64,000 bases of DNA. Source: Octopus sinensis. Its lineage: Eukaryota. The translations under genes and the position numbers were made by a program. Each line of letters starts with the position of its first letter. Within the stretch, counting starts at the first letter, position 1. A model generated the notes under the pieces. The model saw only the letters and a program-made list of their open reading frames with translations, did not search any database and was not told the origin of the DNA. Of the stretch, positions 63,966 to 64,000 are shown piece by piece. The DNA is taken from positions 47,678,001 through 47,742,000 of the forward strand of contig NC_043000.1 in assembly GCF_006345805.1 (NCBI RefSeq). Reading direction: 5' to 3'.

Positions 63966-64000
63966 CTGGAATCGATTTTTGTAATTTTTTCAATACTTAT
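63966..64000 (-). CDS. Candidate exon end at the window edge (- strand)
   Basis: One open frame ISIEKITKIDS, then CAG|gtgaga donor; phase does not join directly to 63079. Confidence 0.25.

Overview
AT-rich, microsatellite-saturated animal DNA, about half of it transposon-derived. The SINE, LINE and Helitron repertoire matches what I recall for Octopus (inference, no database search). There are no prokaryotic genes, CRISPR arrays, rRNA or true tRNA genes, and most ORF-track entries are translated microsatellites. Well-supported elements: (i) a 5'-truncated R4/Dong-clade RLE retrotransposon inserted in (TAA)n; (ii) four Penelope-like element (PLE) remnants, one with ~300-bp inverted terminal repeats, plus dispersed hammerhead-like cores; (iii) a Helitron helicase remnant with an intact 3' hairpin-CTAG end, and two non-autonomous Helitrons; (iv) RTE-clade LINE remnants; (v) a full-length decayed mariner; (vi) four tRNA-head SINE families, one of which moves as tandem multimers. 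Weakly supported: a chain of small + strand exons (1.6-30.6 kb) and a - strand host gene (~50-64 kb) lying in a CpG-depleted domain. I could not name either gene. I found no demonstrably new biological system. The best leads are the canonical hammerhead core at 33.5 kb, the TAA-targeting R4 element, a perfect 202-bp inverted duplication, the SINE multimers and the CpG boundary.
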